DNA of 22,882 nt, taken from positions 270,136,899 through 270,159,780 of the forward strand of contig JANKJI020000002.1 in the NCBI GenBank assembly GCA_024626585.2, written 5' to 3'. Every line of letters starts with the position of its first letter. The stretch's first letter is position 1. Below, in pieces: positions 21,976 to 22,882 of the stretch. Below the pieces are notes generated by a model that saw only the letters and a program-made list of their open reading frames with translations, searched no databases and was not told the origin of the DNA. A program made the position numbers and the translations under genes. The DNA comes from Ginkgo biloba. Its lineage: Eukaryota > Plantae > Ginkgophyta.

Positions 21976-22882
21976 ACAACTACAGATGCTTGTCCTCTTT
22001 TTGTCTTGGTTCCAGCCATTGAAAGATGTGTTTTTATTTCTTGCAGAGTAGGACAAATAGCAATAAGGGGTCAACAGCTGCTGATATATTTTACGCCTTC
22101 ACTATATCTGCCTCTACACTTACAGGAAACTTCTGTGAATTCTTTGGATGGATGTGCCATAAAAAGTTCAATGTTCATGGCGATATTCTGCGACGAAAAT
22201 TGAATAATAAAAGCTAGTTAGTCTGTTGAATGGGAATGCATACATTCACCAAAATCAAATTCACATTGAATATTTATCTGGTTGTGTCTATGCTCAAGTT
22301 CCTATGTTTCATTTTTTTTTTCTCTTAAACATTCATATCTTATGTATGAGATACCAAGAAATACAAAGAACAGGTAATAGATCTCCAGTGGTCTTACTAA
22401 TCCAGAAAAGCCCGGTATTCCTCGCATACTTTGAAGCCCAGCATGGAGAATAGATTATAGAACACCCGTGATTCATGTATGTTTTAATCCCAACTGAATA
22501 TATTCCTTTGTTTTAATAATTATTGATTTGAAAACAGTGGTGTCGTCTCCCAACATTTTCAAAATTACTGGTTCATCTTGGCTTCATCTGTTGAATATTG
22601 TAATATGGTCGGTTTGGAGTTTTCTTCGCAGCTTCCTCGCTTGTCTATTAGATCACTCAATCAATGACACGTCGTTTCTTGCCAAACAAGGGCCCACTCT
22701 TATGTCACTACAGTGATGGAGATAGACCCTTGACCATTATCTTAATGAAAGAAATATCAGTGGATGGAAGTATCAAATTATCGGTGGTAAAAGAACTCAC
22801 TCAACTGCTTTGTGGACAAGAAAAAAAATTCAGAACAAATGTCAACACTATAATAATGGGTTTGGCTACCTTTCTTATAATG

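Noticed and set aside
20839-22716. Short ORFs of 60-87 aa downstream of the gene
   Set aside because: No recognisable domains, overlapping on both strands, many with non-ATG starts; consistent with chance.
19000-22882. miRNA precursor or conserved miRNA sequence
   Set aside because: By eye I found no match to conserved plant miRNAs I recall and no long fold-back. The repeats are direct, not inverted. A folding scan was not possible.

Overview
Eukaryotic (land-plant, probably gymnosperm-like; the taxon is inferred from retroelement peptide style and heavy C-to-T decay) nuclear DNA from a fragmented scaffold with many N gaps. Six gaps are exactly 100 N, i.e. probably of unknown size. Positions ~1-19000 are AT-rich, CpG- and CAG/CTG-depleted dead transposons: a minus-strand Ty3/gypsy 5' end (LTR candidate, tRNA-iMet PBS, gag with zinc knuckle), a minus-strand L1-LINE relic, a plus-strand gypsy gag relic, a minus-strand Athila/Tat-type gypsy (gag to integrase) interrupted by two nested pieces, and a hAT transposase relic. 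The only intact-looking gene is an apparently single-exon DUF4228/PADRE-family CDS (~20161-~20763, +), whose start and stop codons both fall in N gaps. It sits in a ~3.5-4 kb island that has escaped methylation-driven decay. Its leader has a 20-bp GTAC tandem repeat and a possible G-quadruplex, and its 3' flank has a degenerate 160-200 bp repeat array that keeps AGATCT palindromes. I cannot support a genuinely new biological system here; the best leads are the repeat-built putative regulatory region around the PADRE gene and an unassigned ORF relic nested in a gag. Most entries in the supplied ORF track are artefacts of N runs or chance.
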